From: Deltaproteobacteria bacterium
Lineage (GTDB): Bacteria; Desulfobacterota; Syntrophia; Syntrophales; UBA2185
Assembly: GCA_026388495.1 (NCBI GenBank)
Contig: JAPLJQ010000408.1
Coordinates: forward strand, 1,939-65,938
Length of the DNA: 64,000 bases
Direction: 5' to 3'
A program made the position numbers and the translations under genes. Numbering within the stretch: the stretch's first letter is position 1; each line of letters starts with the position of its first letter. The notes below the pieces were generated by a model. That model saw only the letters and a list, made by a program, of their open reading frames with translations, had not been told where the DNA came from and searched no databases. Below, in pieces: positions 12,674 to 21,418 of this stretch.

Positions 12674-13936
12674 TCAAAACAATTTCCTTCCGGACAATCT
12701 ATTGAGCAATCGCACTCCTCTGTGAGATTGAATCTTTTCGAGCCTTTCAGCGAGTTGCCGGGCATTGCCGTCATTGAGAACGGCAGCGGCTTCCCATGCC
12801 GCTCGCTGGGACTCCAGCCAGGCATTGCCGGTCAGCAGGCCTTGCACTTGCGCTTGCAGCGCGGCGATGGACTGCTCGCGCTCGGCAACAACCTTCTGCC
12901 ATGCCTCGCATTGCGACGACAGCCAGGCTTTGCCGGTCAGCAGGTCTTGTACATGGGTCTGCAGATCTTGAACCTGGGCCTGCAGATCTTGAACCTGGGC
13001 CTGCAATGCAAAGAAGGTGGTTATGCTAACCCCGGATTGCAGCAATTGTAACAATTGAATCGTTTGAGGATGATTAAAATCAATAAGATCGTAAAACGCC
13101 GGTTGATCTTTCATCAGCGATAAAAAGAGCATCGTTTCCAAAGAAAGATCATGGTTATTTTTAAGCAATTCTAATATTTCAGAAAAAGGAACATTCGCAT
13201 TCAACTCTTTCAAATTGTCAACAATCAGCCAATTAACTTCAAATTGAACTTTTAAACCACCCTCTCTCTCATGAACCGTATTTTCTGGATGCATCCGGTA
13301 CTTGAGCAGGTCTTCCTTTATAAGATGAATCTGATATCTTCTTGAGAATCTAAGCAGCATATCCCAATCATGCGCGTATCTCAAACCTTTAAAGCCGCCG
13401 CATTCCTGAAAGCACTTTCGCCTGACAAAAAGGTTCGATGTGGTGATCATTATATTCTTCGCAAATGCATTGGGATAAAATTTATCTTCATTAAAAAAAA
13501 GAAGGGCGCTTCTGTACCAGTCCAGCCAGGCCTTCACTTTCGGTGTAATGCTTTCCTTTACCGGCGTTCCGCTTTGGTCAATACCTTCAACCATGGACAT
13601 GACAACCGAATAGCGTGCATTGCTTTCCAGATAATCTAAACACGTCTCCAAGCGTTTCGGCCCATAGACATCATCAGAATTAAGGATGGAAATATATTCC
13701 CCCTGAGCCAGAGAAATCCCCCTGTTTATGGCCGAATGTGCGCCACTGTTCTCTTGGCTGACATATTGAACCCTTTGATCGTGAACTGATAATATTCTCT
13801 GCTCGGTGGAATCGGTGGACCCATCATTGATAATAATTATTTCGAAATCCTGATAGCTCTGGTTTAAGACGCTGTTGATTGCTTCCGTGATATATTTTTC
13901 ATGATTATATGCGGGTATAATTACACTAATTTTCAT
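12674..13936 (-). CDS. glycosyltransferase family 2 with C-terminal coiled-coil extension
   Basis: KISVIIPAYNHEKY, IIINDGSTD, LNSDD; C-terminal LQAQVQDLQAQVQDLQTHVQDLLTGKAW...LQAQVQGLLTGNAW heptad repeats; ATG at 13936 has GGAAAG RBS (alternative ATG at 13954). Confidence 0.85.
   Translation of the reverse strand: MKISVIIPAYNHEKYITEAINSVLNQSYQDFEIIIINDGSTDSTEQRILSVHDQRVQYVSQENSGAHSAINRGISLAQGEYISILNSDDVYGPKRLETCLDYLESNARYSVVMSMVEGIDQSGTPVKESITPKVKAWLDWYRSALLFFNEDKFYPNAFAKNIMITTSNLFVRRKCFQECGGFKGLRYAHDWDMLLRFSRRYQIHLIKEDLLKYRMHPENTVHEREGGLKVQFEVNWLIVDNLKELNANVPFSEILELLKNNHDLSLETMLFLSLMKDQPAFYDLIDFNHPQTIQLLQLLQSGVSITTFFALQAQVQDLQAQVQDLQTHVQDLLTGKAWLSSQCEAWQKVVAEREQSIAALQAQVQGLLTGNAWLESQRAAWEAAAVLNDGNARQLAERLEKIQSHRGVRLLNRLSGRKLF
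12938..13006. repeat. 21-bp tandem repeat (about 3.3 units) inside the GT2 coiled-coil region
   Basis: CTGCAGATCTTGAACCTGGGC exact at 12959-12979 and 12980-13000, degenerate unit before and partial unit after; each unit encodes one heptad AQVQDLQ; also a roughly 105-bp-period repeat (12814-12859 vs 12920-12964). Confidence 0.9.
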
Positions 13937-13999
13937 ATACTTTCCATTCTGCAATACTCTGAGAGTATTGCGTGGGAAACGTTATGATGTTTATTGTCG

Positions 14000-14365
14000 C
14001 TACCATGGATGCTCCAATGAGTTTCTTTCCGGAACACCGGCTTTGTGAAATGTTGATGGAGAGGATCGGTCGAAGAAGTAATTCCTCATATCTCGGTTAA
14101 ACAGACGGTAAAGCATCGCAATGGGTGTCAGTAAAAGAAAAAAGATGATTGACAGCAGTATTTTCGACATGAAGTTGCCGATACGTTCCGATAGCTTCAG
14201 CCAAAGCCTCGCAATGAGGTCCGCTAACGGATTTTGCTTGAGAGATATCACGAGAAATCCGATCGCAAGCCATAGCAACCACTTCACCTCAAATATGAGG
14301 TGGCATAAGATCGCCGCAAGGGATAGGACGAGAAGCGTTCTCAGGACATCTATCTGTTTAATCAT
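14000..14365 (-). CDS. SxtJ-like small membrane protein
   Basis: 121 aa, 3-4 TM; block RIGNFMSKILLSIIFFLLLTPIAMLYRLFNRD matches my memory of SxtJ-family proteins; sits downstream of carbamoyltransferase + DUF5989. Confidence 0.6.
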   Translation of the reverse strand: MIKQIDVLRTLLVLSLAAILCHLIFEVKWLLWLAIGFLVISLKQNPLADLIARLWLKLSERIGNFMSKILLSIIFFLLLTPIAMLYRLFNRDMRNYFFDRSSPSTFHKAGVPERNSLEHPW

Positions 14366-14374
14366 AATGATCCC

Positions 14375-14524
14375 TTAGAAGAGTGTGTAAATAAACGGGG
14401 CGACTGCCGATCCGCTCGACATCATAATCAAAACTCCGATAAACAACAGAACGATGATTACCGGTAAAAGCCACCACTTTTTTCTTTCTTTCATAAAACC
14501 CCAAAGATCTTTTAGAAATTCCAT
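14375..14524 (-). CDS. DUF5989-like (SxtK-like) small membrane protein
   Basis: 49 aa from MEFLKDLWGFMKERKKWWLLPVIIVLLFIGVLIMMS; single TM; conserved partner of carbamoyltransferases. Confidence 0.65.
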   Translation of the reverse strand: MEFLKDLWGFMKERKKWWLLPVIIVLLFIGVLIMMSSGSAVAPFIYTLF

Positions 14525-14532
14525 TGTGACCC

Positions 14533-16401
14533 CTAATCGAGCGCGAAGGTTCGCTTCCATTTATCCTTATTATTCCATTCAGGCTGCTCTTCCTTGATAA
14601 AGAGAATATTGCCAATGACAAGCACATCAATTTCCGTTGCCATGAAACAGGAGAAGGAATCTTCGGGCGTGCAGACGATCGGTTCACCCCGCACATTAAA
14701 TGAAGTATTCACGATGACACCGTATCCTGTTTTCTCTTTGAATCTCTTTATAAGCCTGTGGTATCGGGGATTGGTATCTTTATGAACAGTCTGAATACGG
14801 GCAGAAAAGTCAAGGTGGGTGATTGATTGAACATCACTGCGCGGTGTATACAGTCGGTCGAAGAGCGGGAGAGCATAATAATCGACAGGCAAAGATTTTC
14901 GACGGTTTTCTACCACATCAGCAATAAGAAGCATGTAGGGGGAGTCAGTCTTGAGATCGAAGAATGATTGGGTATCTTCTGCAATCACGGAAGGAGCGAA
15001 AGGACGGAATCCTTCGCGATATTTTATTTTCAGGTTGAGCTTTTGCTGCATTTCTTTATTACGAGCATCCCCCAGTATCGAGCGGTTGCCAAGCGCACGA
15101 GGCCCCCACTCCATTCGTCCCTGGTGCCATCCGATAACTTTACCGTCATTCAGATGATCCGTGACGATATCTATCATTTTTTCAAAATCATCGATACGAT
15201 GGAATATAGCCTTGTATTTTCGGGCCATGAGTTCCGTATCGAGATCACTAAATTCTGGACCTATATAGGCGCCCTGCATTGTATCGTGCTGATTATCGGC
15301 AGCGGCACGTTCGGCGCCATAATAGTGATGGTATGAGGCAAGCGCCGCTCCGAGCGCCCCTCCGGCATCGCCGGCCGCCGGCTGTATCCAGATGTTCTCG
15401 AAAATCCCCCTTTTCAGCAGGTTCCCGTTGGAAACACTGTTGAGTGCGGAACCGCCCGCAAGGCAAAGATACTTCGCACCGGTCATCTTTTTTGCGGTAA
15501 CGGCCATTTTAAAAACGATCTCATCATGCAGGAGCTGTATCGTATACGCAAGATCACAGTGGTGTTGCTCAATATTGCTTTCAAAACGTCTGGTTTCAAA
15601 CCCGAAAAGTTCCTTCCATTTCTTTTCGTTGATCATTCTGAGACCCGTTGCATACTGAAAATAATCCTGATTCATCCAAATCGAGCCATCGTCTTTGATA
15701 TCAAGCAAAGAGGAAAGGATTGTTTCACGATATTCTTTGATTTTCGGCGAATTCGGGTTCCCATAAGGCGCCATGCCCATTAACTTATATTCACCGGAAT
15801 TAACCTTAAAGCCGAGAAAATAGGTAAATGCCGAATAAAGCAGCCCCAGCGAGTGGGGAAATCTCATTTCTTTAAGGGGCCTGATGACATTGCCCCGGCC
15901 ATGCATAATGGTCGCAGTCGACCATTCGCCAACACCATCAACGGTGAGGATTGCCGCTTCATCAAAGGGTGATGGGAAAAATGCACTGGCCGCGTGACTA
16001 ATATGATGTTCGGTGAAAAGCAGCTTCAGCTTTGTAACATCAAGCGATGGCTCGATCACTTGCAGCTCGTCCCTGATGAGCTTTTTTAGGAATAATTTCT
16101 CCTTTATCCACACCGGAACGAAAGAGAGGAATTGTTTAAGACCCTTGGGTGCATTCACGTAATATGTCTCAAGCAAACGCTCGAACTTGAGCAGCGGCTT
16201 ATCATAGAAAACCACGGCATCGAGTTCTGCAATCCTGAAACCGCTCTGCATCAGGCAAAACTTCACCGCTTCGACAGGGAACCTGCTGTCCTGTTTGATT
16301 CGGGTAAAACGCTCTTCCTGAGCTGCGGCAACGATGCGGCCATCTTCAATCAACGCAGCGGCAGAATCATGGTAGAAAGCTGAAATGCCAAGTATTTTCA
16401 T
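14533..16401 (-). CDS. carbamoyltransferase (NodU/CmcH/SxtI family)
   Basis: 622 aa; N-terminal KILGISAFYHDSAAALIEDGRIVAAAQEERFTRIK hallmark; size typical of the family. Confidence 0.9.
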   Translation of the reverse strand: MKILGISAFYHDSAAALIEDGRIVAAAQEERFTRIKQDSRFPVEAVKFCLMQSGFRIAELDAVVFYDKPLLKFERLLETYYVNAPKGLKQFLSFVPVWIKEKLFLKKLIRDELQVIEPSLDVTKLKLLFTEHHISHAASAFFPSPFDEAAILTVDGVGEWSTATIMHGRGNVIRPLKEMRFPHSLGLLYSAFTYFLGFKVNSGEYKLMGMAPYGNPNSPKIKEYRETILSSLLDIKDDGSIWMNQDYFQYATGLRMINEKKWKELFGFETRRFESNIEQHHCDLAYTIQLLHDEIVFKMAVTAKKMTGAKYLCLAGGSALNSVSNGNLLKRGIFENIWIQPAAGDAGGALGAALASYHHYYGAERAAADNQHDTMQGAYIGPEFSDLDTELMARKYKAIFHRIDDFEKMIDIVTDHLNDGKVIGWHQGRMEWGPRALGNRSILGDARNKEMQQKLNLKIKYREGFRPFAPSVIAEDTQSFFDLKTDSPYMLLIADVVENRRKSLPVDYYALPLFDRLYTPRSDVQSITHLDFSARIQTVHKDTNPRYHRLIKRFKEKTGYGVIVNTSFNVRGEPIVCTPEDSFSCFMATEIDVLVIGNILFIKEEQPEWNNKDKWKRTFALD

Positions 16402-16458
16402 ATATTTTGATTAGGAATTCTTTGGTAGGAAGTATAGGAGAACCGCCCTTGTATGTCA

Positions 16459-16498
16459 ATGATTAATCTGGCCACATGATTAATCTGGCCACCAGATT
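16459..16498. promoter_or_regulatory. 17-bp perfect tandem duplication plus hairpin upstream of the carbamoyltransferase gene (candidate operator)
   Basis: ATGATTAATCTGGCCAC at 16459-16475 and 16476-16492; AATCTGG-CCA-CCAGATT inverted repeat 16482-16498; 58-100 bp upstream of the start at 16401. Confidence 0.5.
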
Positions 16499-16540
16499 GT
16501 GGGGTGTGGCGCTGATCATCGTGGCAGAGATGTGTAACGG

Positions 16541-17575
16541 CTACCGGAGTGCCTGTTGCCCGAGCCATGCGCCCAGCTTTTCCGCCCACCACGCGTGAAT
16601 CCGGGTTCCCGGATGACCCTTTCCGCCGACCAGGAGCTTCTCCGGGCGTTTTTCCTCTCCGCGGTAAACCACTTCCAACTCCTCGATTCCTGAGGTTCGC
16701 ATCCCGTCGCTCATGAGCCGATACTCTTCCGGCCCGGGCGGTCCCCAATCTGAAAGGGTTGCGACCAGAAGACGTGCGTTCTTTTCTGCAAGGAACTCCT
16801 GCATCTGGCGAAGCAGAAGAACGGTGACCTGCATCTGATCCTTTTCGCGGTCCGCCAGCCGGTATTGCAGTTCCGTCCGATGGAGAAGTGAGACCAGCGC
16901 AGAGGATTCTTCAAACGGCCAATTGGAGACGACAAACGGAGGAAATGCCTCAAGCCGTCCGTCGCGCAATGCCACATGAGGAGGTGAAAATCGCTGACCG
17001 CCAAACGAGCGAAATGCGTCGAGCATGTAATACGTAAGGACATTGCGTCCGGCATGGAAGGGCACAAATCCATAGATGACCAAAGCCGGCCGGATGCGAC
17101 GCTGGTCGACAACCTCGCGGAGCAACTGTAAGGACTGGTATGTGCCATATCCCGGTGTGCCGAAGTTCAGGAACCGCACATGGGGAAATTTTTGCTGCAG
17201 TAACCATCCGAACGTTTCGTCATCGCGCACTCCATAGCCCTCGGCGAACGAGCAGCCGATAATGATGACTATCGGGCCGTTGGCGGTGGCCGGAGTCCCG
17301 GTTGCGCGCGAACCGCCGGGAAGAATGGTCATCGGTTCATGCGTTCCTTCGTGCGCAGGGTGGACTCCGGGGTTGTTCCGCCATCCCAGGGCGGGATCCC
17401 GCAAGGCCCATCCCGTGGACTGCTCCGACTGTTGGACGCTAAATACCGGCACGTCGGCCAGTCGCGCCATAACCTCCCCGATCCCGAGGCACAGCGCAAG
17501 CGTGAAGATGACTCCCGCAGTCCATAGTTTTACTATTCTCGACAACCGCTCGTGGACCTCCCTCCATGTTTTCAA
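16541..17575 (-). CDS. membrane-anchored hypothetical protein (possible SGNH/GDSL-like hydrolase or acyl-esterase fold)
   Basis: 344 aa; N-terminal TM anchor LWTAGVIFTLALCLGIGEV; block IVIIIGCSFAEGYGV loosely like SGNH block I; the track start is a TTG codon, so the start is uncertain. Confidence 0.45.
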   Translation of the reverse strand: MKTWREVHERLSRIVKLWTAGVIFTLALCLGIGEVMARLADVPVFSVQQSEQSTGWALRDPALGWRNNPGVHPAHEGTHEPMTILPGGSRATGTPATANGPIVIIIGCSFAEGYGVRDDETFGWLLQQKFPHVRFLNFGTPGYGTYQSLQLLREVVDQRRIRPALVIYGFVPFHAGRNVLTYYMLDAFRSFGGQRFSPPHVALRDGRLEAFPPFVVSNWPFEESSALVSLLHRTELQYRLADREKDQMQVTVLLLRQMQEFLAEKNARLLVATLSDWGPPGPEEYRLMSDGMRTSGIEELEVVYRGEEKRPEKLLVGGKGHPGTRIHAWWAEKLGAWLGQQALR

Positions 17576-17600
17576 AGGTATTGTTTTTGAGCAGACCTCG

Positions 17601-18593
17601 CTACTCGAGTAAGGCTTTCCATTTTCTATAACGCGTCAACCATCGCCATCCTTGTGAGGCATGAATTTCATCCAACTGACGACTTTTCTCTGCAATTTGT
17701 CCCTGGAATGCCTGAATTTGCTGCAATTGCATATCTCTTTCTTGTTTCAGTCCTGTTAATTGAAGCTCCTTTTCTTTCAGTGCCGTTTGATGCTCCCTTA
17801 ACCACTCATCGGCCTGCTGCAGCCTTTTGTCACGGTCCGACAACGTGTTCTCCAATTGACATACTTGTTCAGAAAGTTTCTCCTTTTGATGGTCCAGTTC
17901 AATGTTTATTCCCAGATGATAAAAAAAATCGGAGACACAGGTTTCATTGTCTCTTCCCTGTTCCAAAAATGCCCGCACCTCTTCCTCGATTTGCTCGCCA
18001 ACGGCAAGAACACCCAAACCATTGCCAAACTTGAACTCAAAACTTGGATAGTTAATTGAAATCTCTTCCCATAGCCGCCAAACACCAAACTCCCGTTCCC
18101 GCACATGGGAATCATGAAACAGCACGACCCCTCTTTCACTCATCTTGGGTAACCACGATTCAAAATCATGCTTGACGGAATCATAGGTGTGGTGGCCATC
18201 AATGTGCAGGAGATCAATGGAGCCCTCAGGAAAATTATCCAGGGCATCATCGAAAAGGCATTTCATCAGGCTTGAAAAGCCGCCATATAAAGGGTCATGA
18301 TAAGCGCGCAGCTCTTCCAAGACCTCTTCGCCGTAAAATCCGGCCTGTTCATCGCCCTGCCAGCTATCCACGGCATAACAGAGGGTATTCAAGGCAATCT
18401 CACCCACAGCCTGGCAGAATGCGCAATAGGAATCCCCTTTGTGGGTTCCCAACTCAACAAATGTTTTCGGCTTGCACATTGCCGTAATCACGAAGGCAAA
18501 GGGAATATGCAGATGCCACGAGGCGACATCCGTGAGTCTCCGCGGCCTACGAAAAGCGATGCCGTAATCAAGCAAATTGAAAGGCATTTTCAT
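17601..18593 (-). CDS. class I SAM-dependent methyltransferase (Methyltransf_24/TylF-like) with C-terminal coiled coil
   Basis: 330 aa; FVELGTHKGDS, LLHIDGHHTYDSV, VVLFHD; last ~100 aa heptad-rich (EKLSEQVCQLENTLSDRDKRLQQADEWLREHQTALKEKELQLTGLKQERDMQLQQIQAFQGQIAEKSRQL). Confidence 0.8.
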   Translation of the reverse strand: MKMPFNLLDYGIAFRRPRRLTDVASWHLHIPFAFVITAMCKPKTFVELGTHKGDSYCAFCQAVGEIALNTLCYAVDSWQGDEQAGFYGEEVLEELRAYHDPLYGGFSSLMKCLFDDALDNFPEGSIDLLHIDGHHTYDSVKHDFESWLPKMSERGVVLFHDSHVREREFGVWRLWEEISINYPSFEFKFGNGLGVLAVGEQIEEEVRAFLEQGRDNETCVSDFFYHLGINIELDHQKEKLSEQVCQLENTLSDRDKRLQQADEWLREHQTALKEKELQLTGLKQERDMQLQQIQAFQGQIAEKSRQLDEIHASQGWRWLTRYRKWKALLE

Positions 18594-19183
18594 ATAAACT
18601 TACGCAGCAGGTAATGTCTGAACCCCGCTTTCCACAAAGATACTGTTGATGAAGCGGTTTTCCGGCACACCAAAACGGTATCCTGCCACCTGTCGCTTTC
18701 ATCGGGATAACCGGTCGTTCCATTTTGTGAATAAACCTCTAAAACTTCCAGAGAAGCGAAACGGGCAAGCGCCGTGAATCCGTCAGGATAAAAACGCCAA
18801 CAGTCAACCGGATAACGATGCTCGGGGCCGCCTGAGGGAGCAATGAGACAGCATAATCCCCCCGGTTTTAAGACCCTCGCAATTTCGAGCATGGTCAGCC
18901 AAAAGAATTCGATATGTTCGAACGCTTGCCCCGAGACCACGACATCGGCCGAGTCTGATTTGATTTCCCGCCAGTGATAGGGATCTTGAAGAACAATGTC
19001 CACATTCTTGCCGGCTGCCATATCGATCCCGCGGTATGTCCAGTAGGAATCCTCAAAACACCCCCTGTAAGAACCGTTCACATCCAGGCTTCCCAGATCG
19101 AGTATAAATAATGGCTCGTTGTTCTTGCCCCCTAGATACTTCATTCTGAACGCCAGCATTTTATCCAGGGAACTTTGATGCAC
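18590..19183 (-). CDS. class I SAM-dependent methyltransferase (Methyltransf_11-like)
   Basis: ILDLGSLDVNG and VVSGQAFEHIEFFWLTMLEIARVLKPGGL; likely GTG start at 19183 with AGGAGG 9 nt upstream (alternative ATG at 19159); the long track ORF to 19333 overlaps wzt. Confidence 0.7.
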   Translation of the reverse strand: MHQSSLDKMLAFRMKYLGGKNNEPLFILDLGSLDVNGSYRGCFEDSYWTYRGIDMAAGKNVDIVLQDPYHWREIKSDSADVVVSGQAFEHIEFFWLTMLEIARVLKPGGLCCLIAPSGGPEHRYPVDCWRFYPDGFTALARFASLEVLEVYSQNGTTGYPDESDRWQDTVLVCRKTASSTVSLWKAGFRHYLLRKFI

Positions 19184-19184
19184 T

Positions 19185-20465
19185 TTAATTGTCCTCCTGA
19201 AAAAATCCGACCTTTGTATTTGGGACAGAAAATATCCCGGCGGGCATCCGAACGGGAACACTTTTGAAAATAACCGCATCATGCAGATAGTGGCATTGCA
19301 TATGATCTGACTGAGTGCCGTCGGCGACGGCAACAGTCAGGGTATATTCCCCCTCGGCGAGATTGGGCCATGCATCCATCTCAAAGGTGATCACATATCT
19401 GCGGCCGCTCAATAAAGATTGGAGTTCTTTTTTGATCAATTGCGTGTTGTCGCCGAGTATCTCCCGGCCGAGACGATCCCTGACGATAAAGCCGACGATG
19501 GGGTTTGCTATGTCCTGATGGGCATGCAGCGCCATGCCGATCTCGCACGCCTGCCCGGAATAGGCGACGCCGTTGCCGCCCCCCCGGGAAACAAGACGCA
19601 CCGCCTCGATGGTCACGCGGCGGTCTCCAAACTGCCTGATATGGTCCCCGACCGGTGTAAATCCACCCGTATTGAAATCACGCCGGGATGCCCCCTCGCA
19701 CTTCAGTACCGGCGCCGCAAAACTGCCGTTCTCTTCATACATAAACTGCAGGTATTTCTCCACAACAAGCTTCGGCAGCCCGTCCATGACGATCTTTCCC
19801 GATTCGATCCAGATCGCCCGGGAACACAGCTCCGTCACGGCAGCCGTATCATGGGAGACAAAAATCACCGTGCCGGCCTGACAAAACGCCCGGATCCGGG
19901 CCATGCATTTTTGCTGGAAACGAGCGTCACCCACGGCCAGCGCCTCATCCACCACGAGGATATCCGGCGACACGTGGATCGCGACAGCGAAGGCCAGCCG
20001 GACATACATTCCGTTGGAATACATCTTTACCGGCTGTTCCATGAAGCCGCCGATACCGGCAAAGGCGGCAATCTCATCGTATTGCGATTCGATCTCCGAC
20101 CTGGAAATCCCCATGATGGCCGCGCTCATATAGACATTTTCGCGCCCCGTGAATTCCGGATTGAATCCCGCGCCCAGCTCTAATAAGGCGGCGATCCGGC
20201 CGCTCACCGCCAGTTCGCCCTCGGTCGGATTCAGTGTGCCGCAGATGATTTGCAGCAGCGTTGATTTCCCGGACCCGTTGGATCCAATGATCCCGACCGT
20301 TTCTCCTTTTTTGATTTCGAACGAGCAATCCCTGAGGGCCCAAAATTCCCGATAGAACCGTCTTCGCGCACGCCAGAGAGATTGTTTCAGCCGGTCCAAC
20401 GGCTGATCATAAATCTGATAGCACTTGCCTAAATTATGGGTGCGAACTGCAAAATCAAGAGACAT
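19185..20465 (-). CDS. wzt: polysaccharide/O-antigen ABC exporter ATP-binding protein with C-terminal Wzt-type glycan-binding domain
   Basis: 426 aa; Walker A GSNGSGKST, signature YSNGMYVRLAFA, Walker B ILVVDEALAVGD; ~170-aa C-terminal beta-rich extension as in Wzt/TagH. Confidence 0.9.
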   Translation of the reverse strand: MSLDFAVRTHNLGKCYQIYDQPLDRLKQSLWRARRRFYREFWALRDCSFEIKKGETVGIIGSNGSGKSTLLQIICGTLNPTEGELAVSGRIAALLELGAGFNPEFTGRENVYMSAAIMGISRSEIESQYDEIAAFAGIGGFMEQPVKMYSNGMYVRLAFAVAIHVSPDILVVDEALAVGDARFQQKCMARIRAFCQAGTVIFVSHDTAAVTELCSRAIWIESGKIVMDGLPKLVVEKYLQFMYEENGSFAAPVLKCEGASRRDFNTGGFTPVGDHIRQFGDRRVTIEAVRLVSRGGGNGVAYSGQACEIGMALHAHQDIANPIVGFIVRDRLGREILGDNTQLIKKELQSLLSGRRYVITFEMDAWPNLAEGEYTLTVAVADGTQSDHMQCHYLHDAVIFKSVPVRMPAGIFSVPNTKVGFFQEDN

Positions 20466-20492
20466 ATATTTTCCAGGAATAATACATCTTTG

Positions 20493-21353
20493 CTAGAGGA
20501 CGTCTGCAAAGGCCTTTTTGCTTTTCATGAACCACACGAACCCAAAAATCAACACTACCCCGGACAAGCCCATGCTGAAAAAAAACCAGGGCCAGTCCGG
20601 GGAAAGGCCCCACAGCACCGCCCTGCGGGCATCCTCCACAAACAGGGCAAACGGATTGATCCGGAAAAAAAAACGAAACTGTACGGGTACGGCGCTTATG
20701 GGGTAAAAGATCGGGGTCAGAAAGAAAAGAATTGTGGTCAAGACCCCGATAACGGTTCCTATGTCTCTTACAAATACCCCCAGAGAGGCCAGAAAATAGC
20801 CACAGCCCAGCGTGAACAACATCATCGGCAACCATACGAGCGGCAGCATGAGCACGGTCCAGTGGATAAAATGGTTGATGATAAAGATTCCCGCTAACAG
20901 CACCCCCAGACTGAAAACAGCATTGATCAAGGCGCTCAGGAGTCGCACAAGCGGAAGAATCTCCAGAGGGAAAACCACCTTCTTGACATAATTGGCGTTG
21001 CCCAGCACCAACGAGGGGGCCGAATTGACCACCTCTGAGAAAACGCTGAAGGTGATCAATCCCATAAACAGGGCCAGGGCGAAAGCGGCTTTGCCTTCTC
21101 CGGCCTCGACACCCCACCGGGCCTTGAAGATGACGGAAAATACAAAGGTGTAAACGCACAGCATGACCAGCGGCTGAATGAACGACCATCCCAGCCCGAT
21201 AAACGATCCCTTGTAGCGTCCCACAACCTCGCGCCACGTCAACTGCCGGATCAGGTCCCGGTATTGCCAGAGGTGCGCTGCGATCCGGACCGGATTGAAA
21301 AACCCGCCGACGCGCTCACCCCCGGGGGTTATGATTTTGATGTTGTCAGCCAT
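20493..21353 (-). CDS. wzm: ABC-2 type polysaccharide exporter permease
   Basis: 286 aa, 6 predicted TM; directly upstream of wzt; typical Wzm size and topology. Confidence 0.85.
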   Translation of the reverse strand: MADNIKIITPGGERVGGFFNPVRIAAHLWQYRDLIRQLTWREVVGRYKGSFIGLGWSFIQPLVMLCVYTFVFSVIFKARWGVEAGEGKAAFALALFMGLITFSVFSEVVNSAPSLVLGNANYVKKVVFPLEILPLVRLLSALINAVFSLGVLLAGIFIINHFIHWTVLMLPLVWLPMMLFTLGCGYFLASLGVFVRDIGTVIGVLTTILFFLTPIFYPISAVPVQFRFFFRINPFALFVEDARRAVLWGLSPDWPWFFFSMGLSGVVLIFGFVWFMKSKKAFADVL

Positions 21354-21418
21354 TGTTTAAATGAGGGTCAGGATAATAACACATGAGCCAATTGCGAAAC
21401 CAGTGTATTCCGTCACCT

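Noticed and set aside
12722-13051. Plus-strand ORFs (68-109 aa) over the 21-bp repeat region
   Set aside because: They are generated by the tandem repeat periodicity. The minus-strand GT2 frame is continuous with the catalytic domain and gives clean heptads.
16398-16748. 116-aa minus-strand ORF overlapping the end of the 16541-17575 gene and the carbamoyltransferase upstream region
   Set aside because: It is an alternative frame of a longer ORF, Arg/Gly-rich, and crosses the tandem-repeat regulatory gap. It is very unlikely to be coding.
19419-21237. 254-aa plus-strand ORF antisense to wzt and a 260-aa alternative-frame minus-strand ORF inside wzm
   Set aside because: The Walker A/B motifs and the ABC-2 topology fix the true frames. 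The alternatives are Gly/Arg/Pro-rich with no motifs.
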